Positions 20,145-28,723 are shown, numbered from the stretch's first letter. The stretch: 32,000 nt of DNA from Methanocaldococcus jannaschii DSM 2661 (GCF_000091665.1 NC_000909.1:413581-445580), one strand, 5' to 3'. Numbers and translations: made by a program. Notes: generated by a model not told the origin, from the letters alone.

Positions 20145-21086
20145 ATGAAAGTTACAATTATAGGAGCTTCTGGTAGAGTTGGGAGTGCAACAGCCTTATT
20201 ATTAGCTAAAGAACCTTTTATGAAGGATTTGGTGTTAATTGGAAGAGAACATTCAATAAATAAATTGGAAGGATTGAGAGAAGACATCTACGATGCCTTA
20301 GCTGGGACAAGAAGTGATGCAAATATATACGTTGAGAGTGATGAAAATCTAAGGATAATTGATGAAAGTGATGTTGTTATAATAACAAGCGGTGTTCCAA
20401 GAAAAGAGGGAATGAGTAGGATGGATTTGGCAAAAACAAATGCAAAAATTGTTGGGAAGTATGCTAAAAAAATAGCTGAAATCTGCGATACAAAAATATT
20501 TGTTATAACAAACCCTGTGGATGTGATGACTTATAAAGCTCTGGTAGATTCAAAATTTGAAAGAAATCAAGTTTTTGGATTAGGGACTCATTTAGATTCT
20601 TTGAGGTTTAAGGTTGCTATTGCTAAGTTTTTCGGTGTTCATATTGATGAAGTTAGGACGAGAATTATTGGAGAGCATGGGGACAGCATGGTTCCATTGT
20701 TAAGTGCTACCTCTATCGGAGGAATTCCTATTCAAAAATTTGAAAGATTTAAGGAACTGCCAATAGATGAGATTATAGAGGATGTTAAAACAAAAGGAGA
20801 GCAGATTATTAGATTGAAAGGAGGTTCTGAGTTTGGTCCAGCAGCAGCCATTTTAAATGTTGTTAGGTGTATTGTGAATAATGAGAAAAGATTGCTAACT
20901 TTATCCGCTTACGTAGATGGAGAGTTTGATGGAATTAGAGATGTGTGTATTGGAGTTCCAGTAAAGATTGGAAGAGATGGGATAGAAGAGGTTGTATCAA
21001 TTGAATTGGATAAAGATGAGATAATTGCATTTAGAAAATCTGCTGAAATCATTAAAAAATACTGTGAAGAAGTTAAAAACTTATAA
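20145..21086 (+). CDS. mdh: LDH-like L-malate dehydrogenase
   Basis: 313 aa with the NAD-binding motif MKVTIIGASGRVGS and the LDH/MDH catalytic region (ITNPVD, GEHGDS). It matches the LDH-like MDH known from M. jannaschii. Confidence 0.92.
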   Translation: MKVTIIGASGRVGSATALLLAKEPFMKDLVLIGREHSINKLEGLREDIYDALAGTRSDANIYVESDENLRIIDESDVVIITSGVPRKEGMSRMDLAKTNAKIVGKYAKKIAEICDTKIFVITNPVDVMTYKALVDSKFERNQVFGLGTHLDSLRFKVAIAKFFGVHIDEVRTRIIGEHGDSMVPLLSATSIGGIPIQKFERFKELPIDEIIEDVKTKGEQIIRLKGGSEFGPAAAILNVVRCIVNNEKRLLTLSAYVDGEFDGIRDVCIGVPVKIGRDGIEEVVSIELDKDEIIAFRKSAEIIKKYCEEVKNL

Positions 21087-21099
21087 TTTTGGTGTTAGT

Positions 21100-21528
21100 A
21101 TGTGGAAAGTTAATATTGGTAGATTGATGCATGCTTTAAATGCTTTTAAGGGTTCTAAGCCGTTATTTGAGACGGATGAGATGTTAATGGTTAAAGGAGT
21201 TTGTAGGGATGAAGAAGTTGAGAAATATGGTAGTATTAAAGATTATTTAGTTAAAAAATTGGAAAAGGAGGGTTTTGAGATTGTAGAAGATATTAAAGAG
21301 ATAGATAAGTTTGTTAGTAGAATAAACGAGATTTTAAAAGAAAATCCTCTTTATCCAGATACATTTGGTTTTGAAAGGATGAAAGAGAGTTTTGAGATGA
21401 TTGGGTGTGAGTGCGACTATGTTATAGCTAAAAAAAGAAATATAATGGTAGGAGTTTGTATGTATTTTGATAAAAAAATGAAGAATCCAAAATTTGTTGA
21501 AGTTGTTGGTGTTTTATTACCTTCTTAA
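21100..21528 (+). CDS. Hypothetical protein (142 aa)
   Basis: ORF with GGTG at 21091-21094 and ATG at 21100. The ORF-track start at 21025 would overlap mdh by 62 nt and is rejected. I recognise no motif. Confidence 0.6.
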   Translation: MWKVNIGRLMHALNAFKGSKPLFETDEMLMVKGVCRDEEVEKYGSIKDYLVKKLEKEGFEIVEDIKEIDKFVSRINEILKENPLYPDTFGFERMKESFEMIGCECDYVIAKKRNIMVGVCMYFDKKMKNPKFVEVVGVLLPS

Positions 21529-21804
21529 TTTTTTACAAACATCTGCATCGTCTAAGTTATTTTTAAGGGCTTCTTTTAGAATATTATTTTCACTATTTAA
21601 AATATTATCTATAATTTCATCTGAAGCTCCAGAGCACACATTGTTTTTTAGATTTTTTAACATTTTAATTTCAGTATCAATTTTTTCTTCCTGGGCTCTT
21701 TTATAAGCCATGGTAGTTTTAGATTTACTTTTGTTTAATACCGTAAACGCCAATATTAGACTAATTCCTAACAATAATATTGCTATTATTATTACGAAAT
21801 TCAT
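21517..21804 (-). CDS. Small single-pass membrane protein, hypothetical (95 aa)
   Basis: N-terminal TM helix MNFVIIIAILLLGISLILAFTVL followed by a charged helical region with two Cys. The 3' ends converge with the previous gene, overlapping by 12 nt. The antisense ORF 21494-21706 is rejected. Confidence 0.55.
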   Translation of the reverse strand: MNFVIIIAILLLGISLILAFTVLNKSKSKTTMAYKRAQEEKIDTEIKMLKNLKNNVCSGASDEIIDNILNSENNILKEALKNNLDDADVCKKLRR

Positions 21805-21937
21805 AATATAACCCTAAAAATATTTTTTGTTTAATGAAAAAATTGTGATATACCCCAAATAAATCACAGAATTATAAAGTTTATTATTTGTGATATTAGT
21901 ATTTTTATTTTATTATTCTTTCTATTAAATTTTAATT

Positions 21938-22789
21938 TTATTGATACCTAACTATATCCAAACTCATATCAACACTCTTTACAGAATGAGTTAAAGCTCC
22001 CATTGATATAACATCAACATTGTATTTTGCATATTCTAAAATATTATCTTCTTTTATTCCACCGCTAACTTCAATTATTGGCTTAAAATTGGTTTTTCTT
22101 TCAAATTCATCAATTATCTTTAAAGCTTCCTCTATCTCTTCTGGTTTGAAGTTGTCAAGCATTATTATATCTGCCCTCTCCTCTAAAGCTTCTCTCAACT
22201 CTTTCAAGTTACTAACCTCAACTTCAATCTTTTTTGTAAAGCTAACATTTTCCTTAGCCCTTCTTATAGCTTCTTTCACACCAACAATTGCTATATGATT
22301 ATCTTTAATTAAAACACAGTCATCTAACCTAAATCTATGTGTGTCTCCACCACCAATATATACTGCATATTTTTGTAGTGGAGATAATAAAGGAAGAGTT
22401 TTTCTTGTGCAGGCCACCCTGACGTTTTTATTTACTGATTTAGCTTTTTTAACTATTCTGTTTGTCATAGTGGCTATTCCGGAGAGGTGCATAAGTAGAT
22501 TTAAGGCGGTTCTTTCAAGCATTAAAATGGTTCTTGCATCCCCTTCAAACTCTAATATGTTTCCATAAGCTTCTTCTCCATCATTAAATAATTTTTTACA
22601 TTTTATACCGTATTCTTCAAAAAATGCAACGATAAAATCAATCCCACAAACTATACATTTTTCTTTAGCTTTAATAACACCCTTAGCCTTTACACCTTCT
22701 GGAATGATGGAGTTTGTTGTTATATCTCCAAATCCAACATCGTATTCCAAAGATTTTTTTAGTATTTTAAGAGCATAATCTTTGAGCAT
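21938..22789 (-). CDS. nadC: Nicotinate-nucleotide pyrophosphorylase (quinolinate phosphoribosyltransferase)
   Basis: 283 aa with the NadC pattern (ERTALNLLMHLSGIAT, MLDN, EVSGG). Confidence 0.92.
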   Translation of the reverse strand: MLKDYALKILKKSLEYDVGFGDITTNSIIPEGVKAKGVIKAKEKCIVCGIDFIVAFFEEYGIKCKKLFNDGEEAYGNILEFEGDARTILMLERTALNLLMHLSGIATMTNRIVKKAKSVNKNVRVACTRKTLPLLSPLQKYAVYIGGGDTHRFRLDDCVLIKDNHIAIVGVKEAIRRAKENVSFTKKIEVEVSNLKELREALEERADIIMLDNFKPEEIEEALKIIDEFERKTNFKPIIEVSGGIKEDNILEYAKYNVDVISMGALTHSVKSVDMSLDIVRYQ

Positions 22790-22917
22790 GAATATCCCCC
22801 ATTATTAAGTTTTTAATTTTTTAATTTAATAAAACTTAAATAATAAAAACTTTTGTTAAAAAATATGTGTAGTATAAAAATTTCTAAATACAACACACTA
22901 TTTATTGAGTGATAGAA

Positions 22918-23313
22918 ATGCTTAAAACACTACCACCAACTTTAAGGGAGAAAAAGAGATATATTGCATTTAAAATATTATACGATGAGGAGTTAAAAGA
23001 GGGAGAGGTTGTTAATTTAATTAGAAAAGCTGTTTTAGAATATTATGGCTCTTGGGGAACATCCAAGGCAAATCCATGGCTTGTTTATTATGATTTTCCT
23101 TATGGTATTTTGAGATGTCAAAGGGATAATGTTGATTATGTAAAAGCCTCTTTAATTTTGATTAGGGAATTTAAAGAAAAGCCAGTAAATATTATCTGCT
23201 TAGGAGTTTCCGGGACAATAAGAAAGGCAAAAATAAAATTTTTAGGAATAAAAAAACCAAAGAGATGGTTTGTAATTAGAAGAGAAAGGTTGAAAGCTAA
23301 AAAACAAAAATAA
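22918..23313 (+). CDS. rnp2: RNase P protein component 2 (Pop5 homologue)
   Basis: The N-terminus LPPTLREKKRYIAFKI is characteristic of archaeal Pop5. The ATG at 22918 follows GAGTGAT. The GTG at 22909 lies in the SD-like sequence. Confidence 0.85.
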   Translation: MLKTLPPTLREKKRYIAFKILYDEELKEGEVVNLIRKAVLEYYGSWGTSKANPWLVYYDFPYGILRCQRDNVDYVKASLILIREFKEKPVNIICLGVSGTIRKAKIKFLGIKKPKRWFVIRRERLKAKKQK

Positions 23314-23341
23314 ATAATTAATAAATAATTTGGTGATTTCT

Positions 23342-24739
23342 ATGGAAATGAAAAATGTAAATGTTGGTTTGTTTGGGCATATTGACCATGGAAAAACACA
23401 ACTGGCAAAGCAACTGACTGAAATAGCTTCAACCTCTGCCTTAGATAAACCAAAAGAATCCCAAAAGAGAGGAATAACCATTGATTTGGGATTCTCTTCC
23501 TTCACATTGGATAGATATAGGATTACCTTAGTCGATGCCCCTGGACATTCTGAGTTGATAAGAACAGCTATTGGGGCAGGAAATATAATTGATGCCGCTT
23601 TATTAGTTGTAGATGCCAAAGAAGGGCCAAAGACACAAACAGGAGAGCATCTGTTAGTTTTAGATTTATTAAACATCCCTACGATTGTTGTTATAAATAA
23701 GATAGACATTGCAAATGATGAAGAGATTAAAAGAACTGAAATGTTTATGAAACAAATACTAAACTCAACAATAAATTTAAAAAACTCTAAGATTATTAAA
23801 ATCTCAGCAAAAACTGGAGAGGGAATAGGGGAATTAAAAAAAGAGCTTAAAAATCTGTTAGACAGCTTAGATATTAAGAGAGATATAAATAGCTATCTAA
23901 AAATGCCTATTGACCATGCATTTAAAATAAAAGGGGTTGGAACAGTTGTAACAGGAACGATTCATAAGGGAAAGGTGGAGGTTGGAGATAATCTTAGGAT
24001 TTTACCAATAAATCATGAAGTTAAGGTTAAAAGCATACAGTGCTTTAAACAGGATGTCTCTATAGCTTATGCAGGAGATAGGGTTGGAATGGCGTTAATG
24101 GGTGTAGAACCAGAGAGTTTATTTAGAGGTTGCATATTAACTTCAGAGGATACAAAATTAAAGGTAGTAGATAAGTTTATAGCAAAAGTAAAGATTCTTG
24201 AGTTGTTTAAATATAACTTAGCTCCAAAGATGAAGGTTCATATAAACATTGGGCTTTTAACAGTCCCAGCCACAATAATTCCATATAAAATAGAGAAGAT
24301 TAATGACAAAGAGGAACCAATAATACTGGAAGAAATTAAAGGGGGAGATTCTTGCTACTGTATCTTTAAGTTAGAGGAAAGAGTTGTTGTTGATGAAGGA
24401 GATAAGATTTTAATAATGAGGTTGGATTTGCCGCCAACAACTTTAAGGATTTGTGGATTTGGGGAGGTTATTGATTTTGGAGAAGTAGAGGTTAAAAAGA
24501 TTGTTGTAAAAGAGGGAAAGGTTGTTAAAAAGAAAGATAAAATCTATATTGAGGGATTAGCATCTTCTAAAACAGCTGGAGAAAAACTTATTGGGGGGAA
24601 AGTTTATATCCCTGATAAGAATATATGGGGAGTTATTAAGGGGACGTTTGGAACTAAAGGGGCTTTAATTGCTGAGTTTGATGAGGAAGTTAATGGAGGA
24701 GAAAAAGTTGTATTAAAAAGAGTAAGAAAATGGGGATAA
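23342..24739 (+). CDS. selB: Selenocysteine-specific translation elongation factor SelB (archaeal)
   Basis: Translational GTPase (GHIDHGKT, DAPGH, NKID) of ~465 aa with a short C-terminal extension. Position and size fit the archaeal SelB characterised in M. jannaschii (from memory). SD GGTGA at 23332-23336 is followed by 5 nt and the ATG at 23342. Confidence 0.8.
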   Translation: MEMKNVNVGLFGHIDHGKTQLAKQLTEIASTSALDKPKESQKRGITIDLGFSSFTLDRYRITLVDAPGHSELIRTAIGAGNIIDAALLVVDAKEGPKTQTGEHLLVLDLLNIPTIVVINKIDIANDEEIKRTEMFMKQILNSTINLKNSKIIKISAKTGEGIGELKKELKNLLDSLDIKRDINSYLKMPIDHAFKIKGVGTVVTGTIHKGKVEVGDNLRILPINHEVKVKSIQCFKQDVSIAYAGDRVGMALMGVEPESLFRGCILTSEDTKLKVVDKFIAKVKILELFKYNLAPKMKVHINIGLLTVPATIIPYKIEKINDKEEPIILEEIKGGDSCYCIFKLEERVVVDEGDKILIMRLDLPPTTLRICGFGEVIDFGEVEVKKIVVKEGKVVKKKDKIYIEGLASSKTAGEKLIGGKVYIPDKNIWGVIKGTFGTKGALIAEFDEEVNGGEKVVLKRVRKWG

Positions 24740-24831
24740 ATTCATAGGTATTAAAACCGCATCTTTTATATACTCAACACAACAAAAATAAATTTTACCG
24801 ATAAATTATTTTAGCTGTCTTGGTGAGAGTT

Positions 24832-25245
24832 GTGTATGTTGTGAATCTACCATATAAAAAGTTGGGTGTAGAATGTGATGGAAAACAGCTAATTTTAAAA
24901 ATGAAATCTAAGGATGTTGAGGATAGTATAAAAATGAATTTTGAATCAGCTGCTTTATTAAAAATCTTGATGGAGCAGAGTGCAGTGATAGCTGAGAAAA
25001 TAAACAAGGACTTTAAAAAGGATAAAATTAAAGTGCATAATATACATGATGTTGGAACAGTTTTTGGTGTTGATGGGAGAGTTTCAGTGGGGGTTTTACC
25101 AGCAGATGAAAATAGGGTAGCTTCAATTCTTGTTGGCTTTCATAAGGATGACAAACATATATCAGTTGTAGTGAAACCAAAAAAGATTGCATTGTTGAGT
25201 GTTATTATAACAAAAATCATAAGCGAAAATCTAAAGTTAGATTAA
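24832..25245 (+). CDS. Hypothetical protein (137 aa)
   Basis: ORF with SD GGTGA at 24822-24826, 5 nt, then an in-frame GTG at 24832. A TATA-like TTTTATATAC lies at ~24765. I recognise no family. Confidence 0.55.
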
Positions 25246-25638
25246 ATCATCTATTTTTAACTGTTTTCCTCTACCTATAACTTCATAAAAATCAATAGCT
25301 ATAGCTTTTATCCTTTCATCGATAACATAGTTTTTGCCATTAGTTGATAAAAGAAAAGGATTTATAAATAGCATTTCTCCATTAAACTTTATAGCTAAAT
25401 AAGGTTTTCCTCCAAATATTTCAGAAAAGCTTATAAGTTTTTCAATGTCCTCCTTATTTATATAGAATTTGGTTTTTGAAGAAGTCTTACACTCAAATAT
25501 TAAAACCTCTCCTTTTCTCCCAGCTATTAAATCAACTCCTTTACTTCCTGCACTCCTAATTACAGCAAATCCCTCCTTTTCTAAAAGTCTTTTTAATTCT
25601 CTTTCAAATGAACTTCCTTTTCTATATTTATGCCTCAT
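25237..25638 (-). CDS. hjc: Holliday junction resolvase Hjc
   Basis: 133 aa with the Hjc pattern ([33 protein letters not shown]...ECK). Confidence 0.92.
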
Positions 25639-26098
25639 TTTTGCTCCCTAATACTTTCTCAATAATATTTTTAAACTCCTCTACAGGTATTTTAGTTTCT
25701 CTCTTTATCAACTCATTTTCTTTAGCTAAAACTTCTTCCATTGGTTTTATTCCTTCCTTATCAATTTTATCTAATGCTAAACCAATTTTGTCTAAAACCG
25801 CTTGCTCAGCCTCTAATTGGTGGAAACCCTCTCTTGGTCCTCCTCCTCTAAATGCCCTACATCTCCTCTTATCCCAAATAGCATATCCTCTGTCCTTACA
25901 AAATATTCTATTTCTCTCATAATTTCTAATTTCTTGAGCTAATTTATCCACTAACTCTTCCTCTCCCTCAATGTATGCTCCAAAACATGTCTCTTTTACA
26001 ATAACTGGCTGATTTAATGTATTTATATATCTCACTAACTTACCTGGAGTTGTTAGGGCATTTTCAGCTAAAACAATAACCTTTGTCTTTTTCATCAT
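25628..26098 (-). CDS. Conserved hypothetical protein (155-156 aa), overlapping the hjc start
   Basis: The ORF has SD GGTGA just upstream of tandem ATGs (26098/26095). Its stop overlaps the hjc start region by 11 nt. It has an Arg/Gly-rich central motif (RRCRAFRGGGPREGF). I do not confidently recognise a family. Confidence 0.65.
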   Translation of the reverse strand: MMKKTKVIVLAENALTTPGKLVRYINTLNQPVIVKETCFGAYIEGEEELVDKLAQEIRNYERNRIFCKDRGYAIWDKRRCRAFRGGGPREGFHQLEAEQAVLDKIGLALDKIDKEGIKPMEEVLAKENELIKRETKIPVEEFKNIIEKVLGSKNEA

Positions 26099-26246
26099 TT
26101 CACCATAATTTTAATATTAATTTAAATTTGCCTTCTATACTTTATAAAGATTGTTATTTATGCAAACCCCAAATGTTTAAAGCTTTAAAATAGAATACTA
26201 TTAGTGCCTGCCTTTTTTAAATGTTTTAAAAAGAATTATGGAAAAA

Positions 26247-27521
26247 TTATAAATCCCTTGGGTCAACAAGTTCTCCTTTAACAGCACATGCAGCAGCAGT
26301 TATTGGTGATGCTAAATAAATCTCTGCTTCTAATGAACCCTGCCTTCCTCTGAAGTTTCTGTTTGAGGTTGAGACACAGACCTCTCCAGGACCTAAAACA
26401 CCATACAATGAACCCATACAAGCAGAGCATGAAGGATTTGTAACAACACATCCATACTTTAAGAATTTCTCAATTATTCCCTCTTTTAATGCTTTTAGAT
26501 ACTCTTCCCTTGAAGCTGGAGTTACAACAACCCTAACATCATCAGCAATTCCACCATGCTTCTCAATAATCTTAATAGCCATTCTTAAATCTTCCAATCT
26601 TCCGTTCGTACATGAACCAATAAACACCTGGTCTATAGGCTTTCCAGCCACTTCTCTCGCCTGTTTAACATTATCTACATTGTGTGGGCATGCAAATACT
26701 GGCTCTATTTTATCTGCCTCAATTTCATAAACCTCTGCAAATTCAGCATCTTCATCTCCTTTTATTACCTCAAATGGTCTCTCAGTTCCATGTTTCTTCA
26801 TAGCCTCTTTTACATATTGGATGGTTTTCTCATCTGGCTCTATAATTCCTGTTTTTCCCCCCATCTCAATAGCCATGTTTGTCATTGTCATTCTTGATGC
26901 TATGGACATCTTTTTAACGGTTTCTCCACCAAACTGGCATGCTTTATATGTAGCCCCATCAACACCAACTTCTCCTATAATGCTTAGAATAACATCCTTT
27001 GAAGTAACGTAAGGTTGTAAATCTCCAGTAATGTTGAAGTATATTGTTTCTGGAACTTTAAACCACAATTTACCTGTTGCAAATACGTGAGCCATGTCAG
27101 TTGAACCTATACCGGTAGCAAAAGCACCAAAAGCTCCATGTGTGCATGTGTGTGAATCAGCTCCAACAACTACCTCTCCTGGAGCTACATGTCCTTTCTC
27201 TGGTAAAACTTGGTGACAAACTCCCTCTCTAATATCGTAGAAGTATTTAATACCCTGTTCTTTTACGAACTTTCTCATTAATATATGGTTTTCAGCCGCT
27301 TTTATACTATCAGCAGGAACTTGGTGGTCAAATAAAATAACTATCTTTTCTGGATTCCAAACTTTTTCAATTCCATACTCCTTTAATGTATTGACTGTTA
27401 AAGGCCCTGTAATATCATGAACCATTGCTACATCAATGTTTGCCATCACTATATCTCCAGGACTAACTTCCTTCTTTCCAGACGCCTTTGCTAATATCTT
27501 CTCTACAATTGTCATTCCCAT
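26247..27521 (-). CDS. leuC: 3-isopropylmalate/citramalate isomerase large subunit (aconitase family)
   Basis: 424 aa with aconitase-family motifs ([24 protein letters not shown]). I recall that M. jannaschii has two such paralogues (LeuC and HacA). The leuC call is from the recalled locus order (MJ0499). SD GGTGAG lies 3 nt upstream. Confidence 0.85.
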
Positions 27522-27564
27522 AATCTCACCATTTAATTAGTCTTTATAAGAATAACTGTAGATA

Positions 27565-27674
27565 TATAGTGCCTTTCAAAATTAATAAACTTATTATTAA
27601 ACTTTGAACGCCTTCCTTTAGGAGGCGTTCATTAATACCTTTTATTATCTCAATAAGTTTTGAAAGGCACTATA
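27565..27674. repeat. Palindromic element copy B (17-bp perfect arms, 76-nt interior, central 11-bp GC-rich hairpin)
   Basis: Arms 27565-27581 (tatagtgcctttcaaaa) and 27658-27674 (ttttgaaaggcactata) are perfect complements. The central hairpin 27605-27631 is tgaacgccttc/cttta/ggaggcgttca (one G-U). Confidence 0.85.
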
Positions 27675-27702
27675 CTTTTAGAGTGTAAGTGATATAAAAA
27701 AG

Positions 27703-27712
27703 TTTATAAAAA
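27703..27712 (+). promoter_or_regulatory. TATA box (TTTATAAAAA) for the C/D sRNA locus
   Basis: An archaeal TATA-like box sits ~30 nt upstream of the predicted sRNA 5' end (27732-27736), the spacing expected for archaeal promoters. Confidence 0.55.
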
Positions 27713-27731
27713 ATCTTTCATGAATAATAAT

Positions 27732-27806
27732 TTAGGATGATGAACCTTACGGGGGCTGAGAGATTATTTTAATTCCTCGATGATGAGCAATAAAAAGCTG
27801 ACTTAA
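27732..27806 (+). ncRNA. Box C/D sRNA candidate (K-turn RNA)
   Basis: C box ATGATGA 27737-27743, 12 nt, D' CTGA 27756-27759, 20 nt, C' ATGATGA 27780-27786, 11 nt, D CTGA 27798-27801. A terminal stem pairs ttagg (27732-27736) with cttaa (27802-27806). A TATA box lies at the correct distance. Caveats: the D'-C' spacer is long and the second guide is AT-rich. Confidence 0.6.
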
Positions 27807-27807
27807 T

Positions 27808-27832
27808 ATGATGAACCTTTCGGGGTATCTGA
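27808..27832 (+). ncRNA. Second C-box/hairpin/CTGA unit (paralogue of the first half of the sRNA; possibly truncated sRNA or stand-alone K-turn hairpin)
   Basis: ATGATGA 27808-27814, then ACCT[TTCG]GGGT hairpin, AT, and CTGA 27829-27832. It closely parallels 27737-27759 (ATGATGA, ACCT[TACG]GGGG, CTGA, both followed by GAG). No downstream C'/D pair is found. Confidence 0.35.
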
Positions 27833-27839
27833 GAGGAAT

Positions 27840-27947
27840 TATAGTTTTTGCAAAACATTTTGTAATAATAAGGTATATAATGAACGCCTTCTATAAGAAG
27901 GTGTTCAACTTTCCTTAGTCAATTTAATAACTTTTGCAAAAACTATA
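27840..27947. repeat. Palindromic element copy C (16-bp perfect arms, 76-nt interior, central 11-bp hairpin)
   Basis: Arms 27840-27855 (tatagtttttgcaaaa) and 27932-27947 (ttttgcaaaaactata) are perfect complements. The central hairpin 27881-27907 is tgaacgccttc/tataa/gaaggtgttca (one G-U). The element ends 6 nt from the stop codon of the minus-strand gene at 27953. Confidence 0.85.
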
Positions 27948-27952
27948 TATTT

Positions 27953-28723
27953 TTATTCTACCTCCATAGTGTATTTCTTTGATGCTCCCTTGAATAGCAT
28001 TGAAGAAGAGGCAAATTTTAAATATAGGAGAGCTTTATCAACATCTATAATCTTTGTTGATGCTATATGTGTTATGCCAAATCCTTTAAATAGCTCTGGC
28101 AAAGATTGAGCTGTAGGTCCTACTAAAATCTTTAACTTGGCATTTTTAGCCCTATCTAAAACAAAATCCAATGTATCATTTAGCAGAGTAGTTCCGCTGA
28201 TAAATACGGCATCCATCTCTGGCAATAACCTATATTCAAAGGCATCGCTTAAAACTCCATCCATCAATAGTGAAGGACTTCTCTCAAACACATAGATATC
28301 AAATTTTTCAGATTTTTTCAGCATATTAACAACTGGAATCATATTTCCAACGAAAGCTATTTTTTTAATATCGTCTCTATTTAAAACTAACTCAGCGGCA
28401 TCTTTTCCATTAGCTTCAAAGTTAAAATAGTATTGAGATACTGCATTGATAGCTGCAACTCCCAAAGTTCTTTCAACAATATCAAAACTATCTGCCATGT
28501 TTATAAACTCTTCCAAATTTTTATTTATATTTAAATCTTTCCTATTTCCATGCCCTCTATATTCCTCCAATAACGTCATTGCCACTCCCAAAGCTTTTTT
28601 GCCATTGCTTTCAATTAATACATAGCTATAAGGCAAGGCAAAGGAGAAATCAATAACTTTAAAATCTTCTTCTTTCTCACTTAGCAGATTTAAAGCTCTC
28701 TCTTTTATCTCTTCTATTATCAT
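27953..28723 (-). CDS. Uncharacterised Rossmann-like protein (resembles DUF4213/DUF364 family)
   Basis: 256 aa. The pattern GVAMT...IAFVGNMIP...ISGTTLLN recalls the DUF364 'putative chelation' domain, but this is from memory and is not a diagnostic motif. The ORF-track GTG at 28732 lies in the SD (aaGTGAGttttATG). The ATG at 28723 is preferred. Confidence 0.5.
   Translation of the reverse strand: MIIEEIKERALNLLSEKEEDFKVIDFSFALPYSYVLIESNGKKALGVAMTLLEEYRGHGNRKDLNINKNLEEFINMADSFDIVERTLGVAAINAVSQYYFNFEANGKDAAELVLNRDDIKKIAFVGNMIPVVNMLKKSEKFDIYVFERSPSLLMDGVLSDAFEYRLLPEMDAVFISGTTLLNDTLDFVLDRAKNAKLKILVGPTAQSLPELFKGFGITHIASTKIIDVDKALLYLKFASSSMLFKGASKKYTMEVE

Noticed and set aside
22815-22859. AT-only inverted repeat aagttttta/taaaaactt between nadC and rnp2
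   Set aside because: It is 9 bp of A/T only in a low-complexity spacer, so it has no discriminating power.
23242-23709. 155-aa minus-strand ORF spanning the rnp2/selB junction
   Set aside because: It is antisense to two well-supported genes, including the selB GTPase domain, and has no translation signals.
25237-25245. Convergent 3'-end overlaps (24832-25245 with hjc; 21100-21528 with 21517-21804)
   Set aside because: Short convergent overlaps are common in compact archaeal genomes and need no special explanation.
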